Position numbers and translations under genes: made by a program. A stretch of DNA of 63,597 nt, the filler included, from Collodictyon triciliatum (taxonomy: Eukaryota): assembly GCA_043381765.1 (NCBI GenBank). It is 21 parts of 21 records of this genome, joined end to end, with 100 filler letters (N's around TTAATTAATTAA, not from the genome) between each part and the next. Parts side by side here need not be neighbours in the genome. Positions count along the whole stretch, not along the records: positions 49,765 to 52,766 come from JBHJMP010007935.1; positions 52,867 to 55,868 come from JBHJMP010007936.1; positions 55,969 to 58,969 come from JBHJMP010007937.1; positions 59,070 to 62,068 come from JBHJMP010007938.1; positions 62,169 to 63,597 come from JBHJMP010008080.1; 16 more parts are not named here. One strand, 5' to 3'. Under the pieces are notes generated by a model, which worked only from the letters and a program-made list of their open reading frames with translations, was not told where the DNA came from and made no database searches. Positions 49,928-63,597 of this stretch are shown here, one piece after another (positions within the stretch are counted from its first letter, which is position 1; every line of letters begins with the position of its first letter).

Positions 49928-51520
49928 ATGGCCGTTAAGACCAGTGTTATATTCCACTCTTATGCCGCATTGAGTACCGGAGTAGCTCTTGAGCCATGGA
50001 GGTATCATCCCTGCATCCTTGGCCTGCGCAAGATTGAGATCAAAATCAGCCACTGCGTAATCTGCGGTCGGGTGAGTGACCTTTGAAAAAAACACACAGA
50101 GGCTGCAGCAGGTTGTAAAGCTCAGCTTGTGATGAGAAGCAACGCCGCACCATAGACTCTGATGTTGTTGCTCCACTTATCCGTATTATCACAACTTTAC
50201 AGATATCCATACCATCGATAACGACTGGAAGAGGTCGGTCTATCTTATGGTGGTTGGACATGAGGTTATCGGCGAGGTTGTTACCGCAGGTTATAACATG
50301 ACGAACCTGAAGGTTAGTCTCATAAAAATGCCTCATCATGTAAAGCTTTGCATGTTACATAGTCTTGCGCTCATCTCTCATCAATATCGACCTTCCTTCA
50401 AGGTAGGAGATCGGGTGGGCGTGGGCGCTAAGTATTTTGCCTGTCTGAAGCCCGATTTTTATGAGTGCAGCAACAAGGATAATCAATGCCGCCCAAAGAA
50501 AGTATTCACCCACAATATACCCTACGCTGACGGTGAGCTCTCAAGGGGCGGATATGCCGACCGCATCCGTCTCTTGTCCGACTTCGCCTTCCTCATCCCA
50601 GAGAGTATCCCTTCTGATGTTGCTGCTCCTCTTCTATGCGCTGGAATCACAGTTTTCGCTGCCCTGAGGCAGTAGGGACATCATTTAGACTCACAATACC
50701 TAATTTACATAATTTCTTGATACAAGAAACGACGCGCTATACATATACGTTTTTTTTCTATAAGCAGCGACCGTGCAAGCACCGGAATCGAGGTGGGAAT
50801 CATTAGTATCAGAGGACATGGGCATTTGGGAATCCAGTTTGCCAAGGTTTGTTTTCAATATGACATCTATGTAACAAAATAAAATAACTTCACGGCATAT
50901 ATCGCTTTAAAGAGGATTCATGTGTTCATATGTTTGAAGCAAAAAAAAAAAATAAAATAATAATACAGGCCCCAGGAGGCGAAGTAACCACCATTTCTCA
51001 CTCAGAGAAAACGAAAGAGGAAGCCATCAAGCTTGGAGCGCATCACTTCATCAACAGTAGCAACCCTGCTGAAATCGCTGCTGCTGCAAAGACCGTTTGC
51101 GAATCAAACACAAAAGTTCGTTAATATGTGCTTATCTATTGCTGGAATAAAGAAAGTGAACTTTGTTTTACAATCAGAATTTGTTAGTTGGATGCTATCC
51201 TTGTGACAGCCAACAGCAACGACATGAACTAAGGCGGGTATCTGTCACTTCTCCACACTCACAGAAAAATGGTTGTGGGTGGTCTCCCTGAAGAACTCAC
51301 CAAAATCGCGCCCTTCAATCTTATCATGAGCCAAGTCGGCCTGTGTGGCGGCGTCATCGACTCCACTTTCGAAATCAAAGAAATGTCGCAATTTGCTTCA
51401 AAGTACAACGTCAGTCCTTGGATTGGAGTTCTGCCCATCCAAAAAATCAACACTGCCCTCGAGCGCGTTCGTGCTGGTGGTGTCCGCTACCGCTTCGTCC
51501 TGGAAAACAAGTTTGACTAA
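49928..51520 (+). pseudogene. NADP-dependent zinc alcohol dehydrogenase (CAD/ADH6-like) pseudogene
   Basis: GHEVIG, VGDRVGVG, AAPLLCAGITVF and VRYRFVL are present. Lesions: apparent 1-nt deletion in the CGSD codons (about 50066), in-frame TAA at 51230-32, Rossmann motif read as SIRGHGH instead of GIGGLGH, and altered structural-Zn Cys positions. Confidence 0.85.
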
Positions 51521-52718
51521 GCAACATCCCACCGCAGTGTTGCATTCTAAGCTGGCGCCCAATTCTTTTGAACCCTATAGACAATGCCCATGATAAATCC
51601 TTCTTTCGCGCCATGCTTCATCAGTGTGATGGTCTCTCACAATCTAAAATGAAATCCCTTAGCGGGGTCTGATATACACAAAAATGAAAACCCCTTCACC
51701 GCTACCACAAACCATATGCCTGATTGGATATGACAGTTTGCCTGCTAGAAAATACGGTTTTGTTCGTTTGCTTGTCTTTTTTCTATCTGTATGCATCTAC
51801 CCTGACGATTTTCTCCCCATGTTTTGTTTGATTACATACATAGTTTGCTTGTGTTATTGTCACATAAACTAAATATATTTTCTTTTCACGCAAAAAACAA
51901 ATCAAAAAAAGGAAAAACAAAAGAAAAAAATAGTAAGGAGTAAAGCGACATAAATATTCTCAATCAATTCTAGCAAACATGATGCATAGTGGTATAGCTT
52001 TTATATTGATACGGGAAGAGATAAACCATAGAATCAGGGAGAAAATTATTCTAATCCACCAGAATTACCCCATTACATCCCACGTTTATTTTTTCTAGTT
52101 GCGTTTATGATACTGGATAAAAGTAGACAATAACCACGAAGAGCTCCCATTTTCCTTTTCATTAAACATTCTTACTTTCCCATCCAAGCACGAAGTCTCC
52201 AGTTGAGAGTGAAGTGGGTGGAATGCAACATCAGTGACTGTGTCCGTGTACCTCACTATTTTATGTAAGACTGTTCCTTTGCGAAGGTCGTATAGTTATG
52301 CAGGTTATATGAATACGTATCAGATTTTAGTCAGCACCAGCCATTACTTCATATCAACCACATATTGTTGCTTTGCAAACTATAATTTTCATTGAATAGA
52401 CTCTATATCATATTTTTTTTTGTTGTTGTTTTTGATGTATATCATAAACTAATTATTCAGAATAATAAAAGTTAATTCGGCTCGCAATCTGTATTTTTAA
52501 ATTCAACAAACTTCGTCTTCTAATCCACAATCCAAAAATTGCAAACAAAGGGTTGTATGATATACCAAGTTCATGAATGCAGTCATATGCCCCTCAAACC
52601 TCCGAATAAACCTGGGCATTGTATTTGTGTGAAAAAAAAGTATGTAAGTGAAACACTAAATAAAAATAACAATAACAATAACAATAACAATAACAATAAC
52701 AATAACAATAACAATAAC

Positions 52719-52766
<48 letters not shown>

Positions 52767-52878
52767 NNNNNNNNNNNNNNNNNNNNNNNNNNNNNNNNNN
52801 NNNNNNNNNNTTAATTAATTAANNNNNNNNNNNNNNNNNNNNNNNNNNNNNNNNNNNNNNNNNNNNTTTTTATGTTTG

Positions 52879-52933
<55 letters not shown>

Positions 52934-52993
52934 GTTCGACGTAGTTGTATGCGCCAGTGTCACTGCTTTGTTAATAGAAATATATATATACAG

Positions 52994-53888
52994 GCAACAA
53001 CGGCGATGATGCAGTCCATCCCGCAGTCTTTGCTACAAGCATACTTTATGATATCAAAGTGATTATATCAATACTACATTTTGACGTGGACATGACGCAT
53101 TCAGATTCCATAATGTTTTCTGTACACTTACATCCATGATATTAGTCAAGAGAGCTCTGTGTTGCAATTCATCTCGTTTGGTTTATCTGTCTCATCTGTC
53201 GCTTTGTCAACGATCGAGTCTGAAAGACTCATGGCCCCCTTGTAATCTCAATACTTTTCTATTTCAAATCTTTAAGTATGTAAAATTATTGTGTTTTATT
53301 GCTAAACTCACTTGAACTTGTGTTTGTTATTATATAAATAGGTATCGACAAGGCTATCGGAAAGGCGCAACATTCATTTTTCGAACGTGCGAGGTTTCAA
53401 TTTGTTTTGTTTTGTTTTGTTTTGTTTTGTTTTGTTTTGTTTTGTTTTGTTTTGTTTTGTTTTGTTTTGTTTTGTTTTGTTTTGTTTTGTTGGTTAGTTG
53501 GTTCGTCTAAAACTCCAAAACTCATACAGATTTCGATATCGTTGGCTGTATATGGCCTCTTTGCTTATTATACCAGAGGATTCTTTTTTCTGGTTTTCAT
53601 TGGAAAGTTTGCCGCAATGGCGTTGTGGGCATTCTTCGACTACAGAAAGCATGTATGTCATACGCGATTCTACTACTTGAAGAGATTTTTCTTTTTCCCT
53701 TTTTTCTCTCGTGATAAAGATACTCTGATAACTTTTCATGATTTAGGGTCGCTCCATCATCGCCGTGCGTTGTGGTCACGAAGTTGCTGGTATGGGAGCT
53801 GTTCTGATGGCTGTTGATTTTGCCATAACCGCATATGTCCCCATAGCCATCCTGAAGAAAAGGTGCTTTTCAAGGCTATGAATTTAGT

Positions 53889-53926
<38 letters not shown>

Positions 53927-54670
53927 TCTTCCTTTCAATTTTGTGCAGGATGGTGAAGATGTTGGCAATTTAGTTTTACTTTTTATTTTTTTGCGTCATT
54001 TGCGATTAAATTAATAAGATAGATTTGGTTGGTGACTATGGATACCCTGGCTGACACTACATCCACAGACCTGTTCGTGTAGAAGATCATTTTTTCATGA
54101 TTGGTTGCAGCGTGCCCTCCTTTGTCCTCGCAGTTCTCATATCTGACGTTTTGTATGGGGTCATGTCAGTCGTGATTCTTGTCGCCTATAATGGGTATGA
54201 TGACGACTTCACTCGAACAGTGTATTTATTTGTGAGTGATTTATTACATTCATAAGCATTCGAGAAAGTATGCCTTAATTTATGAAACTTGAGCATAAGA
54301 GATAGTATAAGTGAATAGCACACCTTCGAAATTGATTTTGAATTCCCTTCAGCTAGCGATGGTGTACGGTCTTCAACACCTAGTCATGGTTTTCATGGTT
54401 TTGAAGCATCCAATCGAAGAGAAATATAGAGCAAACTCAACCAGCAACATTACTTCTCCAAGTATTCAAAAGGCTGTCATTCATGAAGAAGAACCCGCTC
54501 CAGTTACCCCAGGAATAAATCCTTCTGATTCTACCGCCATTCTCACAACAGAGGTGATCGAGGAGGAGTCGATCGAAGAGATTGAAACCGAAGCTACAGC
54601 GATTATGGCCCACGCTACAAATTACGGAGGCGTGGACGACGGTCCTGCCCAGGGAGAGAAGAATGATTGA
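52994..54670 (+). CDS. XK-related (Xkr scramblase-family) membrane protein, multi-exon, 5'-partial
   Basis: AMMQSIPQSLLQAYF (ESxPQxxLQ-like), VLQFISFGLSVSSVALS and FFERARFRYRWL, further TM exons, and an acidic C-terminal tail ending at TGA 54670. Confidence 0.68.
53881..53984 (-). mobile_element. Tiny 5'-truncated LINE insertion in an intron, with poly(A) tail and target-site duplication
   Basis: AATTTAGTTTTAC(TTTTT) is repeated at 53881 and 53967 around T31 + ATTCTTCCTTTCAATTTTGTGCAGGATGGTGAAGATGTTGGC. The reverse complement aligns with 34805-34848. Confidence 0.9.
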
Positions 54671-55787
54671 GCCCCTGATAAGACTTCCTAGACTGTTTCT
54701 CCCCAACTGACCACTCTCCCAAAAAAAAATGATTAAACAGGAGGAGAGAAAATGAGGAACATTTTTTTTCCTTTATTCGATTCAAAGTGAGAAAATGAGG
54801 AGCATAATAATCCCATCTTGCTGCACGGCTTAGCCGCTTTAGAGTGTAGGATAAGCCACCAGATCGACACAAGGTCGAAAGGCAATAGGAAGGAACAGAA
54901 AATGCTGGCGTGGTGGAGAGCGGAGCAACCAAGGCTCACACACATTCGGCACTGCTGATTTATTTATTTATTGAAATCTAACAAATTACACCGCACAATT
55001 ATATTTCACCACGCACCGGATCATTAAAATTTTGTGAGCATATTCTCAAATTTATAAAATCCAAAAGTATATATCCAAATATGGAATTATTACTATATTT
55101 ACTATATGTCTTAATATAATGGTGCAAATATGGATATTTGCACTAAAATATGTCTAATATAACTGATTTAGTTTATATTGGTTTTCTAAAGTGACTTTGA
55201 ATACAGCGGCGCAAGGACAGAACAATTTTCATCTCGCGACGTGGCCCATTGGCAAAACAAAATGCAACTTTCGAATAGAACACAATGACATTGCACACGG
55301 GAAGTCAAAATTTAACGGGAATATGGGAATTACAAATGCATGCGACCTTATGTGGAAAACACGGTTGCTTAATCCCGCCGGTCGGCAACCACACGCCAGG
55401 ACGAAAGAACAACGCGAAATTCCAATGCTGGAAATCACGCGGCCGACTGGAGGGTTGTGCCAGACACTTTACGGGGTCTGTTAGGCTGTGGTAGGCCAAG
55501 GGCTTTTTTGCGCAGAAGAGCTGAACACCTTTTGTGCGAATTAAGACCGCCGCCCGAACCGGGGAGCTGCTATCCGGCGCACGGCCTTTCTCACCAAGCA
55601 GCCCCTTCACTGCAGGACACAAGCAAGCTTCTGTGCCCTCTCCCAACAACATTTGACTGCAGAGACAGCCAGGGCTTCGTCCCCGTAGAAACATGCCAAA
55701 CGATCCCCCAAGTAAGGCGCAAGACAAGGAGGAACGATCAGACATAATAGAAATAGAAATAGAAATAGAAATAGAAATAGAAAAAAG

Positions 55788-55868
<81 letters not shown>

Positions 55869-56188
55869 NNNNNNNNNNNNNNNNNNNNNNNNNNNNNNNN
55901 NNNNNNNNNNNNTTAATTAATTAANNNNNNNNNNNNNNNNNNNNNNNNNNNNNNNNNNNNNNNNNNNNAAAACCAAAAAACAAAAAAACAAAAAAAACAA
56001 AAAACCAAAAAACCAAAAAACCAAAAAACCAAAAAACCAAAAAACCAAAAAACCAAAAAACCAAAAAACCAAAAAACCAAAAAACCAAAAAACCAAAAAA
56101 ACCAAGAGATCGTCGTCGCTCTTGTCTGAAAAACTGTTTCTTGGAATCCTTATTGAGTGGACACTTTTCGCTGTCCTTCCAGGCAGCT

Positions 56189-58401
56189 ATGTCGCAGTTG
56201 CCTAGCTCAGAGTCGCTCGCTACAGACGCATATCGACTCTTTTGTCACCCAACTGAGGCAGAAACGGCTGCTGCTGACTTTACCAAGACAGACTTATGTA
56301 CAGCTGCCGAAGCCAAAGCCAAAGCCGACGAACCAATTGCTGGATTGACGAGTGTTGTCTACAAACGAGATCCTCTTTCACAAACCAGCACACTAAACAG
56401 CTCAAAGTGGTGGCTGCGTTCGTTACTTTCAGCCGGTCACCGACTATGTTCTGATATCCTAGAATGGCCCTTTCCAACTCCAGCTGCAGACATGGTTTAC
56501 TTTATTTTATGATTTATCTTATGTCTACATGTGTTCGTTTCGTAGTACTTCATTCAGTTCTGTTTAGTTTATACTTTGTCTTTTCGAACAAGACCTAAAA
56601 TTTACATACGGTTCTACATTTTCCTCATACACAAATTCCTTGACTTTTCTCTCTCGAAAGATGTACTATCTCGGAGTAGTTTTCATTAACACAGCTTATC
56701 GAGCGACCTTTTCGTTAAGATAGAATGGTTATGAGACATATGCTATCTTTTATTTTGCATGAGATTCATTTTGTCATTACATAATAGTTCGAAGACTGCA
56801 TGGTTCCCTCAGACCACATTCCATCCGACACCCTAAAACATATCCTCTGCGAATCACCAGGTTCATTACTTTTTTTTTTTTTTTTTTTTGAGAATCGCCG
56901 TCATGATAAAGCTCAAACTAGTATCATTTATAATCTTTTACGTTCCTAATCATATTTGAAATATGAACTTAGATTCCGCATTTCTAAATTAATCTCAAAC
57001 ATCCTAGCTGGAATCACCATATTGCAGTTACACGTGGATGGAGGGAATTCGCACTTGACTCCCCTGACAGCTCATTGTACATATTCTGGCCCACCTGGTT
57101 GTATGGTCTCTGTCTGCTGGAAGCGCAACGACTACATGAAAATCAAACCAATATTATGTAAGTTGGTCCATATTCCGATTTTTTTTTTAAAAAAAATCAT
57201 CATGCAAAATCACCTGTTGTTTGAATGGCCCTGTTATAATTGCATGCTTCGATGCTGAAGCGAAAGGATGGCTCTTATTTCTTGTGTATGCATAGAATAA
57301 AAAATAAGCAAATGCTCATGTTCTTTTTATTCTTATTATTTTAAGGTTGAATCGGCTAGACGCGATTCAATAACTCTACTCATACATGGTTTATAGTCAC
57401 CTCATGCTTCCGAAGCTTTTCAATTGACGGGAAAAAATTCTTCTTGTAGATGCAAATACATGGATTTACCAGCCAAACGCAGACGACTTGCGGTTTCAGC
57501 TGATATTCAGTGTTGAGATACGACATCCATCGCATAGGCTTATCACACACGAAGTGGTCGTTTCTCCGTCCTTGTACGTGATAGGTAAACTCATACCATT
57601 CGCAACTTATACACTTTTTCGTGTCCGCAAGCCTATCACAGGCAATTTATCCGAAGATATTTATCCCGCTTGGTTAGAATGGTGATGCTTAGTTCATTTG
57701 TTTACATTTTAGATAAGAGCATATCACTTGAGGTCGAGAAATGCGTGCGGTCAAATGACGTCTGCTGGGAGGTCACGAACCTTCATTCTGCCGATATCTA
57801 CATTCTGCGCGTCAATCAAGAATTTGTACAGCTTATTCTGGGCAGTGACATCGTTTTTCAGGCAGATTACAATAAAGAACTATTGGTGTCCATCGATTAC
57901 ACGAATCCCTTTGGCTTTTGGATTCATGCAAACCAACATGAGCGCCAGATTATTCCGCTCATCGCACTCACCCACATTCAACGCGATGTCATCACCGTCA
58001 CCATTCGCTCCTACTTGGCCCTATGCAACGTAAGAATTTCCAGTTACCAGAAGCCTTTCTGTTTTATTTTATTTTATTCTTTTCCCTCATCATTCATTTA
58101 TACAATTATTTTATTCCTTCTTCCGGCTTCAGGATTTTCTTGCTCATGAAATACAATGCTCTCATATAATGTGGTCAAAAACTGTCACACAAATGATGAA
58201 TTGAATTATACATATTCATGAACATAGCTGCAAACTCGTTGATTCATATATATCTTTTTCACAGTATGACGAGACATTTCTTTCCCGTTTGTGAATGTAT
58301 GTAACTAAGCAGTCTCATCTCCATTTTTTTCTGCACCATAGATTAAAGCAGGGCACTACAAACCTTACTTGGCGCCTGTCAAGGAACACACAAAGACTTA
58401 G
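56189..58401 (+). CDS. Hypothetical protein, multi-exon
   Basis: Series of open GT-AG-bounded exons from MSQLPSSES... (including the 57712-58029 exon) to ...APVKEHTKT*. No family recognised. Confidence 0.55.
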
Positions 58402-59199
58402 CCTCGACTGCTTTGCTTCCAATTCACCTCGCCTCGCTTTATTTGCACACAGGAATTGTTCTGCATCTCGCTGATGAAACACAACCCAGTCTTCAGTCCA
58501 AGCTGTTATTTATTTCTCCCATCCCATTGCAAACCCCGAAATGATATTGAATTACTCCGTATATGAAGAATAGTTCAATATCAAGAAAGGCTCCAACTCT
58601 TCCACGAATCGACTTCATTAATTCTTGTTGCTTTTTATGCTAGAATACACCAACCGCAGATGTGCAAACGCACTTTGAAGGCTGTTTATTCGCAACCGCT
58701 CAACCTGATATCCCTCTCTTCCATCCTGTCGCAGCTTCTTCCGCCCGTAGAATTGTTCGCTATAAACCTGTAATATCTGCTTATGACGAAATCGTTCTCT
58801 GTTCTAAATTAGTTACTGAAACAAAATGCGATGAAATACAACAAGAAACAAACCCAAACCCAAACAAAAACCAAAAACCAAAAACCAAAAACCAAAAACC
58901 AAAAAACCAAAAAACCAAAAAACCAAAAAACCAAAAAACCAAAAAACCAAAAAACCAAAAAACCAAAAANNNNNNNNNNNNNNNNNNNNNNNNNNNNNNN
59001 NNNNNNNNNNNNNTTAATTAATTAANNNNNNNNNNNNNNNNNNNNNNNNNNNNNNNNNNNNNNNNNNNNACAAACAAACAAACAAACAAACAAACAAACA
59101 AACAAACAAACAAACAAACAAACAAACAAACAAACAAACAAACAAACAAACAAACAAACAAACAAACAAACCTTAACATATTTAATCACTACTCGATTG

Positions 59200-61812
<2,613 letters not shown>

Positions 61813-62348
61813 ACAGAAGAAAAATTACGATTCTAAATTAGATAATAATACCATAGAATGAAGAGAAAACAGAAATATTGAAACCTTATCCGATTTCATG
61901 TTCAGAAAATGCATAGATATATGAATCAATTATTCATATTTGATCAATAAACTAAAAAGAAAAGAAGAAAAGAAGAAAAAGAAGAAGAAAAAGAAGAAGA
62001 AAAAGAAGAAGAAAAAGAAGAAGAAAAAGAAGAAGAAAAAGAAGAAGAAAAAGAAGAAGAAAAAGAAGNNNNNNNNNNNNNNNNNNNNNNNNNNNNNNNN
62101 NNNNNNNNNNNNTTAATTAATTAANNNNNNNNNNNNNNNNNNNNNNNNNNNNNNNNNNNNNNNNNNNNTTTTTCTTTTTCTTTTTTCTTTTCTTTTTCTT
62201 TTCTTTTCTTTTCTTTTCTTTTCTTTTCTTTTCTTTTCTTTGAATTTCCTTTAAGTGTTTTTTCTTTCAAAAAGGATTTGTTTGATGTCTGGTATTTGAA
62301 TAAATAGGATCACGGTCCTTTTGAAAATACCTTCATAAGAGAAGATAC

Positions 62349-63307
62349 CATCGGCTGTGTCAGTTCATAAGTCGTGAAGTGAGCAGCAACAAACGGAATG
62401 TTCATCATAACAGTTGCAGGATAACTGATGAAGAAAGCTCCGATTCCTTCAGTCTTTATGGTTGTCTTAACACAGTCTACTATCCCTCTGTCATATACTC
62501 CAACATTAAAAAAAATGGAAAGGAAAAAGGAAAAAGGAAAATGGGAAAAGGGAAAAGGGAAAAGGGAAATGGGAAAAGGGAAATGGGAAAAAGGAAAAAA
62601 GGAAAAGGGAACAGGGAAATGGGAAAAGGAATAGACAGGAGCTCCGGAATTTACGGGCGCTCATGAAGGGTGAAGTGGCAAGTGGAGGATGCGAATGATA
62701 TGTATTCATGATTATATTACTTGTATGGAGAATTTTCTATTTGGAGCCTTTGCTTTACCACATCCCACGGGGTCATCACAACATCACTTGCTATGGTAGC
62801 AACTACACCGGACAGGGATGTCGCCACAGGCAATGGTAGATTATCTCCGATCTCATTCTAAGACAATATTCAATTCATATTTTCGCAAAACTTCTTATGA
62901 TTAGATCAAGCAAGGCCTTCTGATATGCAGATAAAAGACGAAATAAGATCATGTCAAAAAAGAAAACACATCATGTACACCCTTCAATTTTAGACATACA
63001 TAAAGGATAAAGAAATACAAACATTTGAAAAATCTTCAAAAAGAAGAAATAAAGATACTTGGACATGCGCACTCATTGGGGCATAGAAGGCCAAATATTG
63101 CAAAAAAAAAATTCAATGAAGACTTTGTATCGAATAAAGGAAGATAAAAGAAAAGGTCAATTGAGAACCTTTGTCCACTCATACGCTGCGAAATACAAAG
63201 CATGAGCTGGTGCTGCTCCCAAAGCAGCGGCTCCAACCCCACGAAAGAGGGGTGCAATACCTTCTTTTTGGATTACATGAATCAAAGCACGTGAGAATCC
63301 AGAGTAT
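62349..63307 (-). CDS. Mitochondrial carrier, mitoferrin-like (MRS3/MRS4, SLC25A28/37), internal exons
   Basis: Exon 63169-63307: EGIAPLFRGVGAAALGAAPAHALYFAAYE. Exon 62721-62857: ATIASDVVMTPWDVVKQRLQ. Exon 62349-62487: EGIGAFFISYPATVMMNIPFVAAHFTTYE. This gene is missed by the ORF track. Confidence 0.9.
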
Positions 63308-63505
63308 CTATGAAATCATGGTTTTGTTGTTCGTGTAATCAAGAATGCAGTGCATTGGCAACACATATCACCACCAGTATATTGCATAAGAGCGGATGAA
63401 CAGTCATTAAAATAAATAGAATAAAAAGTTCAGAATAGATTTATGCAAGGCTTTATTTCATGACGATAACAACATCTTGGACTCTGCCACTCGACAAAAC
63501 TTCAA

Positions 63506-63568
<63 letters not shown>

Positions 63569-63597
63569 AAAAAAACTCTATCGGTCACACAACAAAA

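Noticed and set aside
55180-55745. GC-richer stretch with overlapping short ORFs downstream of the XK gene
   Set aside because: No recognisable domain, terminal repeats or convincing fold. It may be a promoter or first-exon region cut by the contig end.

Overview
This is eukaryotic nuclear DNA, AT-rich and intron-dense, with GT-AG introns mostly about 50-200 nt and apparently the standard genetic code. It is not one locus. It is 21 unrelated contigs of about 3.0 kb, roughly sorted by decreasing length and joined by artificial 100-nt spacers (N44-TTAATTAATTAA-N44). Most contigs break at microsatellites, so neighbourhood across spacers is meaningless and most genes are partial. The gene content suggests a flagellated protist with aerobic mitochondria; I cannot name the taxon. 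Genes found by manual splicing: CRT10-like WD40, PH+LRR protein, CTD small phosphatase, axonemal dynein heavy-chain N-terminus, a Ras-like-domain/PH/RhoGAP fusion, RasGEF, SLC13/TrkA-C transporter, a membrane PDE/cyclase-like N-terminus, a one-repeat-per-exon TPR gene, AIFM2-like oxidoreductase, proline dehydrogenase, a Pro-rich/RhoGEF protein, an alcohol dehydrogenase pseudogene, an XK-family protein and mitoferrin. The four most notable observations: (1) a ~450-nt GC-rich, highly base-paired non-coding island ending in T11 beside telomere-variant repeats, a candidate unknown structured RNA; (2) a LINE 3' end plus two tiny 5'-truncated, poly(A)-tailed, TSD-flanked copies on other contigs; (3) a TPR gene built of duplicated 126-nt symmetric exons; (4) a pseudo-GTPase-PH-RhoGAP architecture. 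Exon boundaries and family calls come from reading the sequence by eye, not from database searches.
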